Positions 1 through 10,393 of a stretch of DNA of 64,000 nucleotides are shown here, one piece after another. The stretch comes from Cyanobacteria bacterium P01_A01_bin.123. Its GTDB lineage: Bacteria; Cyanobacteriota; Cyanobacteriia; Phormidesmidales; Phormidesmidaceae. The notes beneath the pieces are model-generated. The model searched no databases. It was given only the letters and a program-made list of their open reading frames with translations, and had not been told where the DNA came from. The translations under genes were made by a program, and so were the position numbers. Every line of letters starts with the position of its first letter. Position 1 is the first letter of the stretch. Location of the stretch: contig JBCBZT010000005.1 of assembly GCA_039815185.1 (NCBI GenBank), forward strand, positions 32,001 to 96,000, written 5' to 3'.

Positions 1-234
1 GGGGATCAAGAAGCCAATCAGCAACCAAGCCCCAATGCGAGCCTTATAGCCCAGCAAGACCGATAAGCTACCCGCAACCAGCACAATAATCGTCGGGAGA
101 AGCAGAACACTAGGAACGCCATTGGATTCCATAAACTGTTGAGTCCCAGCCGAGTTGAGGATTTTGTTCAACGCCGATTGGATAAAAACAGCGGTGAGTA
201 AAATCCTAGCCGCTAAAATGCCAACCATCTCCAT
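1..234 (-). CDS. DoxX family membrane protein (5' part, runs off window start)
   Basis: Manual translation from ATG at 234: MEMVGILAARILLTAVFIQSALNKILNSAGTQQFMESNGVP...LLGYKARIGAWLLIGFLIP; AGGAGG RBS upstream. Not in ORF track. Confidence 0.8.
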   Translation of the reverse strand, partial: MEMVGILAARILLTAVFIQSALNKILNSAGTQQFMESNGVPSVLLLPTIIVLVAGSLSVLLGYKARIGAWLLIGFLIP

Positions 235-380
235 CGCTAACCCTCCTGGGAATCAATACCCACTACCATCGATCCGTCTTGATTATGGCAAAGGTTGCCC
301 GCCAACTGCAGTCGTTACCCATTGGTGGAGCGTGATTGCCAGTTTTTCCATCCCCAATCCTGCAATTAAGCTGACCTAAG

Positions 381-1724
381 ATGACACAGCTCGCTTCGAA
401 GTCAAACAAGCTGCTACCCGAATTTACCCGTCTAGCGATCGCCAACATTATTTCTAACCTGATGGTGCCCCTGGCAGGCATCGTGGATACGGCGTTTCTG
501 GGTCACTTAGCCGATATTCACCACTTGGCTGGGGTCGCCTTGGCGACGGTGATTTTTAACGTGATTTACTGGAGCTTTGGCTTTTTGCGTATGGGTACGA
601 CGGGGATGGCGGCTCAGGCCATCGGTCGCAATGACGAGACTGAGCTATGGTTGATTGCCCTGCGCAATAGTCTGATTGGCCTTGGGTTTGGCTTGTTGTT
701 GTTGCTTGTTCAATGGCCGATCCGGGAGTTGGGATTTACCCTGCTGAGCGCACCTGCTGCAGTTCAGCAGGCGGGGCGGGCTTTTTTTGATGGCCGGATT
801 TGGGGAGCGCCAGCAGTGCTGATCAACTATGTGCTGCTGGGATGGTTTTTGGGCCGGGCTTTGGGCACCCGCGTGATTGTGCTGTCAGTGATCGGCAATG
901 GCGCAAACGTCGTGCTGGACTACCTGTTTATTGTGAAATGGGGTTGGGCCGCGACGGGTTCAGGCGCAGCCACAGCAGCCAGTCAATATTTGATGCTGAT
1001 TGTGGGATTAACCTGGGTTGGCTATGAACTGATTCGCCGTCGATTGTTGTCTCAATTGCGATCGCTGCTGCCGCGTCTTGGCGATCTGGCTGCCCTGAAA
1101 GCCCTCTTTCAGCTCAACCGGGATATTTTGATTCGCACCTTCGCCCTTGTCATCAGCTTTGGGGTCTTCATCCAACTCAGCGCCAGCTTGGGGACACAGA
1201 TTTTGGCCGCTAATACTTTGCTACTTCAGGTGTTTACCCTAGCTGCCTACTTCATTGACGGTATCGCCTTCGCCACCGAAAGTTTTGCTGGGGAAGCCCA
1301 CGGCAGAGACGATCGCGTCCAGTTGCGCTATCTGCTTAAACTTGCAGGCATCACAAGCATCGTGCTGGGCATTGCCTTCGCGCTAGTATTCGTGCTGTTC
1401 CCGCGATCGCTACTGGGTCTGATGACCGATCACCAATCTGTCCTCGATCAGTCCAGTCAGTATGTCCTGTGGCTCCTACCCGTGTTAGGATTCGGCGGCT
1501 TAGCCTTTATGTTAGACGGCTACTTTTTGGGGTTGACTGCCGGTCATGCCCTGCGCAATTCAACCGTGTTTGCCGCTGTTGTGGGATTTTTACCCACCGC
1601 GATCGCCGCTTGGCACTGGCAACAGGCTCATCTCCTATGGTTGGCCCTGACATTGTTTATGATCTTTCGGGCAGGGAGTTTGGGGGTGCTAGTGAGGGAG
1701 GTGCTTGGGGAAGTGAGAAGATGA
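381..1724 (+). CDS. MATE family efflux transporter (DinF-like)
   Basis: 447 aa, ~12 TM; VPLAGIVDTAFLGHL and FGFLRMGTTG motifs. Confidence 0.9.
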   Translation: MTQLASKSNKLLPEFTRLAIANIISNLMVPLAGIVDTAFLGHLADIHHLAGVALATVIFNVIYWSFGFLRMGTTGMAAQAIGRNDETELWLIALRNSLIGLGFGLLLLLVQWPIRELGFTLLSAPAAVQQAGRAFFDGRIWGAPAVLINYVLLGWFLGRALGTRVIVLSVIGNGANVVLDYLFIVKWGWAATGSGAATAASQYLMLIVGLTWVGYELIRRRLLSQLRSLLPRLGDLAALKALFQLNRDILIRTFALVISFGVFIQLSASLGTQILAANTLLLQVFTLAAYFIDGIAFATESFAGEAHGRDDRVQLRYLLKLAGITSIVLGIAFALVFVLFPRSLLGLMTDHQSVLDQSSQYVLWLLPVLGFGGLAFMLDGYFLGLTAGHALRNSTVFAAVVGFLPTAIAAWHWQQAHLLWLALTLFMIFRAGSLGVLVREVLGEVRR

Positions 1725-1834
1725 GGCGCAAGGGAGATGGGGAGATGGACTATCTTGTGCCTGACAACTTCTATTTCCTGACTCCTGGCTCCTCCGTCAA
1801 ATTAACTGAGAAGATAAGTAAACAAGGATTTCAC

Positions 1835-1861
1835 AATCCAAAATCTAAAATTCAAAATTGG
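1835..1861 (+). repeat. Heptamer tandem repeat (STRR-like, AATYYAA x3)
   Basis: aatccaa aatctaa aattcaa aattgg in intergenic region. Confidence 0.7.
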
Positions 1862-1866
1862 GATCA

Positions 1867-3537
1867 ATGCCCCGAAATTGGCTGTCTATATTCAAATTTC
1901 GCCCCAAGTTTAAGCCCGTATCACCGGGTTGGACATCAGCGGTTTTAGCCGTTGTGGCGTTAGTGTCCTTACCAGTACTGGTGGTGTTTAGCAGTGTATT
2001 TTCTGATTCGGGGGAGATTTGGCAACATTTAGCAGAAACCGTACTGCCCACCTATCTGCTCAATTCTTTGTGGTTAATGCTGGGCGTCAGTGTCGGGGTA
2101 TTGGGGATTGGGGTCGGCACGGCTTGGTTAGTTACCCTGTGCCGGTTTCCAGGGAGCCGCATTTTTGAGTGGGCGCTGCTGTTGCCCCTGGCAGCCCCGG
2201 CCTATTTGCTGGCTTACAGCTATGCCGATGTGTTGGACTATTTTGGTTGGGTGCAAACGGCGCTGCGCGCGGTGGCCGGATGGGAACGGGCTACGGATTA
2301 CTGGTTTCCCAATGTGCGATCGCTTTGGGGCGCGATCGCCATGTTTAGCTTCACCCTGTATCCCTACGTCTATATGCTGACCCGAGTGGCCTTTATGGAG
2401 CAGTCTACTGCCACCCTAGAGGCCAGTCGCTCCCTGGGATGTGGCCCCTGGCGCAGTTTTTCTACCGTAGCGTTGCCGTTGGCGCGTCCGGCAATTATGG
2501 CCGGCTTGTCCCTGGCGCTGATGGAAACGCTCAACGATTTTGGCACGGTGCAATATTTTGGGGTGGAGACCTTTACTACAGGCATCTATCGCACCTGGTT
2601 TAGTTTAGGTGAGCGGATCGCAGCTGCCCAGTTGGCCGCAGTATTGATGCTGTTTGTTTTAGGTTTGATTTTGCTAGAGCGCTGGTCACGGCGACAGGCT
2701 CGCTACTATCAAACCAGCGGAAGGATCCAGCATTCCGCGCAGTATCAGTTGGGATTGGGCCACTCGTTGCTGGCAATATTGGCCTGCTTTATCCCGATTG
2801 CGTTGGGTCTACTGGTGCCGGGGGGCTTTTTGCTCAACATGACCCTGCGTCACCTGGATGACACCCTCGATAGAAACTTTTGGCCGTTGGTTCAACACAG
2901 CATTATCTTGGCGACGATTGCAGCGGCGATCGCGGCGGTGATTTCTTTGGTTTTGGCCTATGGAGTGCGATTGCAAAATGGGCCGCTGATGCGGTTTGGG
3001 GTACGGATAGCCTCGATGGGGTATGCCGTTCCAGGGTCGGTGATTGCTGTGGGGATTTTGATTCCGGTAACGCGAGTTGACAACGCGATCGCAACCTGGG
3101 CAGAACAAACCTTGGGTATCTCAGTTGGATTATTGCTCAGCGGTACCATCGTCGCCCTTATCTTTGCTTATTTGGTCAGATTCTTGGCTGTTGCTCTGGG
3201 TGCAGTAGAATCTGGACTCGCCAAAATTCGTCCCAGTTTAGACGACGCGGCCCGCAGTTTGGGTTATGGCCCCACCGATACCCTAAGAGCGGTACATGTC
3301 CCATTGATGGGCAGCAGCTTACTGACTGCCATCATGCTGGTGTTTGTAGACGTGATGAAAGAATTGCCTGCCACGATGGTGATGCGTCCGTTTAATTTCG
3401 ATACTTTAGCGGTGCAAGTACATCAATACGCCTCCGATGAACGCCTAATTGAAGCATCGGCCCCAGCATTAATGATCGTGCTAGTTGGACTAGTCCCGGT
3501 CGTCTTTTTAAGTTGGCAAATTAGGCGATCGCGATAA
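1867..3537 (+). CDS. futB: Fe(III) ABC transporter permease
   Basis: Two EAA-type loops (LEASRSLG, LDDAARSLG), DFGTVQYFG and KELPAT motifs of FbpB/FutB; ATG at 1867. Confidence 0.88.
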   Translation: MPRNWLSIFKFRPKFKPVSPGWTSAVLAVVALVSLPVLVVFSSVFSDSGEIWQHLAETVLPTYLLNSLWLMLGVSVGVLGIGVGTAWLVTLCRFPGSRIFEWALLLPLAAPAYLLAYSYADVLDYFGWVQTALRAVAGWERATDYWFPNVRSLWGAIAMFSFTLYPYVYMLTRVAFMEQSTATLEASRSLGCGPWRSFSTVALPLARPAIMAGLSLALMETLNDFGTVQYFGVETFTTGIYRTWFSLGERIAAAQLAAVLMLFVLGLILLERWSRRQARYYQTSGRIQHSAQYQLGLGHSLLAILACFIPIALGLLVPGGFLLNMTLRHLDDTLDRNFWPLVQHSIILATIAAAIAAVISLVLAYGVRLQNGPLMRFGVRIASMGYAVPGSVIAVGILIPVTRVDNAIATWAEQTLGISVGLLLSGTIVALIFAYLVRFLAVALGAVESGLAKIRPSLDDAARSLGYGPTDTLRAVHVPLMGSSLLTAIMLVFVDVMKELPATMVMRPFNFDTLAVQVHQYASDERLIEASAPALMIVLVGLVPVVFLSWQIRRSR

Positions 3538-3621
3538 GCAGGCCAGAGCAATAGGCGGCAAATAATCTTGATCTAGACAATGGGTAAGGTTCAGCTGTAA
3601 CTACCCAAAATAGAGAGCGTG

Positions 3622-4266
3622 TTAAGAAGACTGGCGATAACGTTGCACCAGGCCAGTTACGATGGCTAACCCAAAGACACCCAACAGCGCGAATCCTAGC
3701 ATTAGCCTGCCACCCTCCAACAACCCTGCCCCTAGGGCCACAATCGGTGGGTTAGACACGGCAATGCTGATGACCAGAGCGGGGGCAAATTTGAACCAAG
3801 GGGCTTTTGTTAGACCCACACCGTAGGACACAAAATCAAAGAAGCCCGTCATCAAAAATCCCGTCATCAAAAAGAAGTTGCGTTCCAGATGACGCTGGCT
3901 CAAGGTATCAATCCGGTGCATAAAGGCTTTCCCTACCAGCCGCTGCACCAAACTGCGACCGTACCGTCGCGAAAGCCAAAAGCTCAAAGAACAAGACATC
4001 AGATCCGCCACGCAGATCACGGCCAGCCCTTGACCGAAGCCTAATAGCGCCCCAGACAAGACAGAATAGGCGGTACCGGGTAAGGCCGGAATCACAACGC
4101 TGGTAAACCGCAGCAGAAAAATAGCGAAGGGAGCCCACAAACCCAGCTGATCGACCTGGGCTCTAAGTTGGGCAACGCCATAACGATTGATTAGCCAAAT
4201 TGCCAATATCAGCAGCAGCGTAATTGTTAGCAATCGTAAGACTTTTATAATGCGACGCTGATTCAT
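3622..4266 (-). CDS. TVP38/TMEM64 (VTT/DedA-like) membrane protein
   Basis: PALPGTAYSVLSGALLG and FDFVSYGVGL motifs. Confidence 0.85.
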   Translation of the reverse strand: MNQRRIIKVLRLLTITLLLILAIWLINRYGVAQLRAQVDQLGLWAPFAIFLLRFTSVVIPALPGTAYSVLSGALLGFGQGLAVICVADLMSCSLSFWLSRRYGRSLVQRLVGKAFMHRIDTLSQRHLERNFFLMTGFLMTGFFDFVSYGVGLTKAPWFKFAPALVISIAVSNPPIVALGAGLLEGGRLMLGFALLGVFGLAIVTGLVQRYRQSS

Positions 4267-4535
4267 CTGAATCCTTTCGGCATGTGTAAATATTTCTAAC
4301 GGTTAGTCAGAAGCTATTGGCAAGAATTTAGTTTTGGAGATTGTGGCATTTTTATAGCAGCTAATGTGTAGCAGCTCAGGATAGTCATCTTTCAATTCAA
4401 AACAGTCAAAATAGTTGCAATCAGCTTCTAGTTTTAAGATTTGACCTGAATTAGCTTGCTCAGAGGCGTAGCAGTATTGTTTAGGAGATGACCCAATCAA
4501 GAGAAGTTATGGGTCATTGCTAAAGGAGATTGATT

Positions 4536-4778
4536 ATGGCTCAAGCAACGGTTCAACGAGTTCCTCCCCTCGCAACAATTCCTCGGGAGGCTGACTGCAC
4601 TGCTTGTCTGACGCGTAACTGCCCCATGGCAGGCACTGTAGATTATCCTGTACAACTCTGCAATAGCTATCGTCAGGCAAATTGCTATTTTTGCAATCAG
4701 TCAAATTGTGCCTTAAATGGCTTCCTAGACTCCCCAGTTATGGTGTGTGATCAATTTGTTCCCCTGGCCATGGCCTAG
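4536..4778 (+). CDS. Small Cys-rich protein with duplicated CX2CX4CX12C motif
   Basis: AAGGAG RBS at 4523-4528, two aligned Cys repeats, downstream terminator. Confidence 0.7.
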   Translation: MAQATVQRVPPLATIPREADCTACLTRNCPMAGTVDYPVQLCNSYRQANCYFCNQSNCALNGFLDSPVMVCDQFVPLAMA

Positions 4779-4815
4779 ACCTAGAGAGAGGCCATAGGTA
4801 AGTAATCTATCGTGG

Positions 4816-4845
4816 AAGCCCGCATAAAGCGGGCTTTTGATTTTT
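4816..4845 (+). terminator. Rho-independent terminator
   Basis: AAGCCCGC-ataaa-GCGGGCTT followed by T-rich tract. Confidence 0.75.
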
Positions 4846-5043
4846 AAAGGAAGTCAGGGCTAACTGATCTCGTTTTGACCTAATCTCAGTAGCGTTCGCA
4901 CTTTGATATTGCTGGCACCATGATAAAACATTCACTCGAAATCCTTCTATTAAAAAATAATGATTGATTACAGCATTTCTTTAAGCAAGGAACAGGTTTC
5001 TTTTACGGGCGAAATACTTTGAATAGTTATCTCTATGCCATCC

Positions 5044-5290
5044 ATTGATAATAAATATTGCTGAGAAAACAATCTAAATTTTGGATTAAGGGCTGCCCAG
5101 AGTCGGGAAAATCGCGCTATTGAAATAGTGTGGCTTGATGAGAATCGATCTTGTTAAAACTCCTGCGTCAAGGTCTGGAAAGACCCTATTTTACAATTGA
5201 GAAATCGACTGTTCTATAGGAATCCTGGCTTATCCTAATCAAGCGAGAGGGATTCCCATCGCCCCACTATCGCTATTGATACTATTCTTC
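5044..5290. promoter_or_regulatory. Possible Fur-box-like AT-rich sites upstream of the feo locus
   Basis: attgataataaatattgc, gatgagaatcgatctt, attgagaaat, tattgatactattct resemble Fur half-sites; iron-uptake context. Confidence 0.35.
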
Positions 5291-5301
5291 GGGAGGCGCA
5301 A

Positions 5302-5990
5302 ATGGAGCCTACCAATGACGGTAGCCTCGATGTTCAGTCTCAGAGCATGACCTTTATCGGCGGCACTGCCGATTTAGATGATCCGCTGATTTTCCAGCCA
5401 GATCTTGCCACTCCCCCTGCGCCTAGTCGGGGTAACTTGCCGTTGGCGATGACATCTGTCGGCGATCGCGTTTGGGTTGTTCGGATCAAAGCAAAACATG
5501 CATTGGTTCGCCGCCTTACCGATGTGGGGAAGCCTTCGCCACCATCCCGGCTAACTTAGCCGAACTCCCGGGTACTCTTTTAGATCCCCTCGGACTCTCT
5601 GTTGGGGATGTCAGTGATGTAGAAACTGCCGCCGAAGAACAGAAGGTTGCCTTTACCACCTTTGGTCAGATGGCCCTCCGCTTCGATGGTCGCGTCGCTG
5701 CCTTTGCCTATTTGTTATTTGTCCTGATGTACTTCCCCTGCGTTGCCGCCATGGGTGCTGTCTACCGAGAAACCAATGCGGGTTGGACCGCCTTCGTTGG
5801 CCTCTGGACGACTGGCCTCGCCTACTGGAGCGCAGTCTTGTATTACCAGGTGATGACTTTTCAGCAACACCCGATTAGCTCAACAGCCTGGGTAATCGGG
5901 CTAGCCCTCGTCTTGATTGCAACCTTTGCAATCATGCGCTATTCACGCCCCGCTCGCCGCAGACGAACGGTGTTGTTAGAGGGGCATTGA
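5302..5990 (+). pseudogene. feoA/feoB: feoA'-'feoB deletion remnant (FeoA N-terminus joined out of frame to FeoB C-terminus)
   Basis: LPLAMTSVGDRVWVVRIK...RRLTDVG (FeoA) switches at ~5525 to EAFATIPANL...AFAYLLFVLMYFPCVAAMGAVYRET (FeoB end); GTPase domain absent. Confidence 0.85.
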
Positions 5991-6079
5991 ACAAGTCTGG
6001 GGGTGAAGCAATCGGGATCTAGTGGTTCTTATTTCTTTGCCCCATTAGCTGTGCCTTATCCCCATATCCCATTTCCAAA

Positions 6080-6328
6080 ATGCTTCGCGATCTCCAAGCC
6101 TACATCGCAACCCATGGCACCGTGTCCATGCAGGATCTCTCCCTGAGGTTCCATACCGATAGCCATACCCTCAAACCTATGCTGCAACGCTTGAATCGCA
6201 AAGGCCGCATCCGCCAAGTGCCGATGCCTGAGAAATGTGATGGCTGTACCTGCTGCGATTTACGCAGTTTGGAATGTTACGAGTGGCTCGATGCGGAATG
6301 TGACCAGTCAGCTTCAAAGCCGATTTAG
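6080..6328 (+). CDS. feoC: FeoC-like winged-helix protein
   Basis: MLRDLQAYIATHGTVS..LSLRF..L.RKGRI..CDGCTCC, directly after the feoB remnant. Confidence 0.85.
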   Translation: MLRDLQAYIATHGTVSMQDLSLRFHTDSHTLKPMLQRLNRKGRIRQVPMPEKCDGCTCCDLRSLECYEWLDAECDQSASKPI

Positions 6329-6804
6329 GACACATCTTGAAACTCATCTTTCGTATACCCATACAAAATCGTAGTTAGCTTACTGGCTACCAAATCTATG
6401 TTTGGATCCGCTTTGAGCGCTTTACTAACCGCATTGACATCGGCACTTTCAAAGCACAAAGCAGTCACTAAGTCTTTTGAAAAATCATCAGTATAGCCCC
6501 TTTCAAATATGTCAAACGCAATTGAAAGTGCAGCTGTAAAAATGTGACTGGATGAAACAGGCACTTCCTGATCTTCAAGGTTTTCGTTGCGCAGAATAAA
6601 AACCGATGGAAACTCTTCAACACCCATCTTCCTCAACAAGGCCCAGCCAAATGCTATGGGAATCAGGTCAAATGCAATATTTGCCTCAAGTTGATTGAGC
6701 CCTTCTCTCACTAACAAATCAACCGTGCTAACTCGATCCATATCATTATGGAAGGCACTATGGGATATAAACCGTACCCGATCTAAAGCTTCTTTGTGAT
6801 TCAT
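6325..6804 (-). CDS. Hypothetical protein (AT-rich)
   Basis: 159-aa ORF, no recognised motif. Confidence 0.6.
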   Translation of the reverse strand: MNHKEALDRVRFISHSAFHNDMDRVSTVDLLVREGLNQLEANIAFDLIPIAFGWALLRKMGVEEFPSVFILRNENLEDQEVPVSSSHIFTAALSIAFDIFERGYTDDFSKDLVTALCFESADVNAVSKALKADPNIDLVASKLTTILYGYTKDEFQDVS

Positions 6805-6944
6805 AATTGAGCTACCTAATGCTTCATTACAATAGCGGTAGATAACCTCCGGCTTTTGATCGATTAAATGACTATTCTCTGTTGCAGTGAGGTTGGATCT
6901 GTTCTTGACGAGTAAAACTAGACCTCAATGCGAGCAAAAATATA

Positions 6945-8198
6945 CTACACTTCTGTCTCTTCCTGTTCTAACTCCTCTAGCTCGAATTTCTGAGCTTGCC
7001 ACACATGTTTTGAAGCAGCCAATAAGATTTTTAACTCATATTGATGTTTTGAAACATAAGCAAAGATTGGCCGCATCTCTTTTTTTATAGATGTTAATGT
7101 AGAGGTCAAACGACGTTTATTTCCTAGATATCTATCTGTTTTACTGAAGTGATAATGATAGACATCACGTGCAGTTAAATCCAACAAGTTGAAAATCTGA
7201 TCGATATTAGCTCCATAAGGCACGATAATCTTTTCAAATAACGGCCTTTTATTTCTTCTGCTTTGAACGGTAATTGAGAGGGTAGGAAGTAACTCTACAA
7301 AGAGCGGTGTCTTAGGATGACTCGTATGCGTCAGAGAGATACTTTTACCATCTGCATTAGTCATCTCCCAAGTTCCGGACTTGCCTTCACCCAGGCGTAT
7401 GAGTTCTCCATGCAAACAGCTTGCAGCAGCATATACTAATACTTCTCGTAACCTTTCGATCAATGGTCCAGTAGAAGGCTTGCCAAAAGTTTTTATCCAT
7501 TCTAAGAGACACCGCAACCGCGTAATTTCCTTATGTTCAGATTGACAATAGAGTGTATTGACAATATCTAAGATATGTTTAGTCCAAGATAGTCTTGTCC
7601 AATAACTATAAGTTTTTTTTGAGGCATCACCATAGTAGATAGGAGCTATTCCATAGACAGTTAAATAGACATACTCTCGAATCTTTACTCGTTTAAATCC
7701 CTTTTCGATAAGCTCATAATACTCTTCAAGTTGTTTAGGATGATTGGATGTAAAAAGCTTGTTTTCAATTGCTAAGAATATACTGTCTTCAGCGTCAAGA
7801 TCAAGGAGGACTATATCACAATATCGCGGTCCCTTTATCGCTCGTCTTCTGATCGGCTTTGCAAGATAAAATTCTCTAATGATGGCAGTATTTTTCAGGC
7901 TTAGCTGTGTTGCAGAAACTCCCTTGCCACCTTTTCCCCACTTTAAGAATGAGCTTTTATGAGTGTATTCTAATTCACCTTCTGTACGAACCTGTGCGAT
8001 GGTTTTTAGTAATTGACTTGAAAATGACACGCCGAGCTTATGTGAACCCTTGGGATTCAGGAGCCAAGAAAGTATATTAGAAAACCAGGCTTCATTGAAG
8101 CATTGCATAAATATGAGATCTTTATCGTTAAGTAATAACGGGTTTTCTGAGAGAAGATCATCAATTTCTCGAAGAATAGTTTGTGCTTTGCCTAACAT
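6945..8198 (-). CDS. PD-(D/E)XK nuclease superfamily protein
   Basis: E..FSNILSWLLNP.GSH.LG, REF, CDIVL, AIENK...QL..Y motifs. Confidence 0.8.
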   Translation of the reverse strand: MLGKAQTILREIDDLLSENPLLLNDKDLIFMQCFNEAWFSNILSWLLNPKGSHKLGVSFSSQLLKTIAQVRTEGELEYTHKSSFLKWGKGGKGVSATQLSLKNTAIIREFYLAKPIRRRAIKGPRYCDIVLLDLDAEDSIFLAIENKLFTSNHPKQLEEYYELIEKGFKRVKIREYVYLTVYGIAPIYYGDASKKTYSYWTRLSWTKHILDIVNTLYCQSEHKEITRLRCLLEWIKTFGKPSTGPLIERLREVLVYAAASCLHGELIRLGEGKSGTWEMTNADGKSISLTHTSHPKTPLFVELLPTLSITVQSRRNKRPLFEKIIVPYGANIDQIFNLLDLTARDVYHYHFSKTDRYLGNKRRLTSTLTSIKKEMRPIFAYVSKHQYELKILLAASKHVWQAQKFELEELEQEETEV

Positions 8199-8270
8199 GA
8201 TTTTCTGTTTTTGTTGGGTTAAACCTAACTCTTAAGTAATGAAAGGCTTGCATAATTTAGGGTTTGACTA

Positions 8271-9500
8271 TTAGGGAAGAAGCTGAACAGTTAGGCTAAC
8301 AGGCACAATCCCATGACGTAATCCTTTTTGATGTTTGAGCCAAGCTTTTTGCGTGAATCGGAATCGACCTAGCACCGTCACTAAGGTTTTGAATTGCATA
8401 TAAGTCAACGGGTTACTCCAGAAGTAGGCAATTCTTTGCCATTCTTCTAGCTGTAGCTGTTGTGCCCCTTCAATTTCCGGCATTCGCTCAGTTTGGGTGG
8501 CTTGTAATGCCGCATCGAGTTGAGCCGGAGACCATACCCCATGAAATAGGGGAACCAAGTGGTTGGCAACTGCGATCGCGTCCCGGAGCGCCATATTGAT
8601 TCCCTGGGCTCGATTCGGAGCCATCGGGTGGGCCGCATCACCCACTAGCAGCAATCCCGGAACAGACCACTGGGGACAACACCCGACAATCACATCTAGA
8701 AACATAGGGCCTTCTAGTTGATGGCGATGTTGACGAAAGTGCGCCGAGAGTGATTCAGGAACTGCCTGGGCAAATTCTTCAATCCAATCCCGATCTTTTA
8801 GGGTTTTAGCCTGCCCTTTTTCAACGATCCAGCCAATTTGTAGCCGTTCATCCCAAGAGGGGTAAAAGGCGAACTGCCGCTGCCACTGGAGACAGGCGGT
8901 AAAGGCAGTTTCTGTTAATAATTCAGGCGGGGCAGGTAGCTTGAACCAGAGCACATCAAACTGGGTTGGGGATTTATTTAGGGTCAAATCCGCCAGCTTT
9001 CGCAACCGTGAATAGCGACCGTCGGCAGCAATCACCAAATCGGCTTGAAAGTCACGGGTTTCTTGTTCACAGGTGGCTTTCACCCCACAAACTCTGGCAC
9101 CTCCCCAGCACAGCTCATTGACCTGCCACCCCGGCAAAAACTCAAAGGTTGGCTGTTGCTGGGCCCGTTCTACCATCAGCTGCAACAGGGCAGGTTGAGC
9201 AATAATTCGAGGCATCAGCGGCCCCAACTCAGCGTGGGGTTCATTCACCCGCATCCGCTGCTGCCGATCAACATAAAAGTCCCAGGCGTCTAGGGTTCTA
9301 GAGGGTATTTGGTCAAAGCAATCGGTTAGCCCCATTTGATACAGGGCATCAACCCCTGACGGCATCAACCCCTCACCCCGAAACACCCGATCAAAGGTGG
9401 GTTCTCGATCGAGGAGGGTAACTTGAATGCCCCGTTGAGATAGTAAGAGCGCGATCGCAGCCCCCGCTGGCCCTGCCCCCACAACAATCACATGGCTCAT
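8271..9500 (-). CDS. FAD-dependent oxidoreductase/monooxygenase
   Basis: GAGPAG, ADGRYS, GDAAH...QGINMALRDA motifs. Confidence 0.9.
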   Translation of the reverse strand: MSHVIVVGAGPAGAAIALLLSQRGIQVTLLDREPTFDRVFRGEGLMPSGVDALYQMGLTDCFDQIPSRTLDAWDFYVDRQQRMRVNEPHAELGPLMPRIIAQPALLQLMVERAQQQPTFEFLPGWQVNELCWGGARVCGVKATCEQETRDFQADLVIAADGRYSRLRKLADLTLNKSPTQFDVLWFKLPAPPELLTETAFTACLQWQRQFAFYPSWDERLQIGWIVEKGQAKTLKDRDWIEEFAQAVPESLSAHFRQHRHQLEGPMFLDVIVGCCPQWSVPGLLLVGDAAHPMAPNRAQGINMALRDAIAVANHLVPLFHGVWSPAQLDAALQATQTERMPEIEGAQQLQLEEWQRIAYFWSNPLTYMQFKTLVTVLGRFRFTQKAWLKHQKGLRHGIVPVSLTVQLLP

Positions 9501-9523
9501 AGTGCCGATTTTCTCAATCTCAT

Positions 9524-9704
9524 CTAAATCTCGTCTGGGTCAATGCCAAGTTCCCGGAGCTTGGCGGCTAAGCGACCTGCCCGCTGTTTTTCTTGCAAGG
9601 CTTTGGGAATGCTCCTGAAAATTTTTCACAAAGGTGCCATCAGACTCTGGCAGTTGCGTGTGGTCTGGTAAGGTTAGTGCTTCCTGGGATTTAGCAAGGG
9701 TCAT
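9524..9704 (-). pseudogene. Uma2-family endonuclease remnant with internal deletion
   Basis: Manual translation: MTLAKSQEALTLPDHTQLPESDGTFVKNFQEHSQ (Uma2 N-terminus), then in another frame KALQEKQRAGRLAAKLRELGIDPDEI* (typical cyanobacterial Uma2 tail). Confidence 0.8.
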
Positions 9705-9904
9705 GGGGCTTTACTGCTGTCCAGAATGGCCTTATTGTAACGCGCTGCTTTTTGTCGAGTCTTGACAATATCGGTTCGCGCCAGACGTAAGAGGTGAGCG
9801 ATCTATTAGCTGAGGATAGCCTGATCAATCAGCATTTGGGCAGCAAATTAGGAACGAACAGGTTAGGGTGTTAGTAGTAGTTGTCCCTGGGTATTTGAAT
9901 CCCT

Positions 9905-10318
9905 TTGACTGATTCTGTTTCTCCGACACATTCAACCCCTGCTAACCAACCTACGCCTGTTCCCCTCAAGCGGCGTTGCGTTATGGTCTGCCAAAACCGT
10001 TCTTGCGAACGCAGTCAATCGGCTGAGGTGTTGGCGGCGTTTCGGCAACATCAGTCGAAAAGTTTATTCATTAGTGCTAGTGAATGTTTAGGCCAGTGTG
10101 GGTCAGGGCCAACGGTGCGGGTCATGCCTGACGATACCTGGTATCGCCAAGTCCGCCCTGAAGATGTGGAAGAAATTTTTGAACAGCATTTGCAAGGTAA
10201 TCAGCCGGTAAAGCGATTATTGCATCCTCGGTTTCATCCGCAGTTTGATGCCCACAGTTTTAATCAGACTGATTTGCCCAATTCATCGCTTGATTCACCC
10301 TCATCTGAGTCATCGTGA
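9905..10318 (+). CDS. Thioredoxin-like [2Fe-2S] ferredoxin
   Basis: VCQNRSC...CLGQCGSGP.V.V.PD.TWY. Confidence 0.88.
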   Translation: MTDSVSPTHSTPANQPTPVPLKRRCVMVCQNRSCERSQSAEVLAAFRQHQSKSLFISASECLGQCGSGPTVRVMPDDTWYRQVRPEDVEEIFEQHLQGNQPVKRLLHPRFHPQFDAHSFNQTDLPNSSLDSPSSESS

Positions 10319-10393
10319 ATCAGTCCAGCTTTGACTTAAAGCAATTGGGGGAAGCGTAAACAAAATCGAAAACTGCCCACCATCTACCCCGCA

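Noticed and set aside
1469..1948. 159-aa ORF bridging MATE and futB
   Set aside because: Out-of-frame overlap with two real genes; reads through intergenic heptamer repeats
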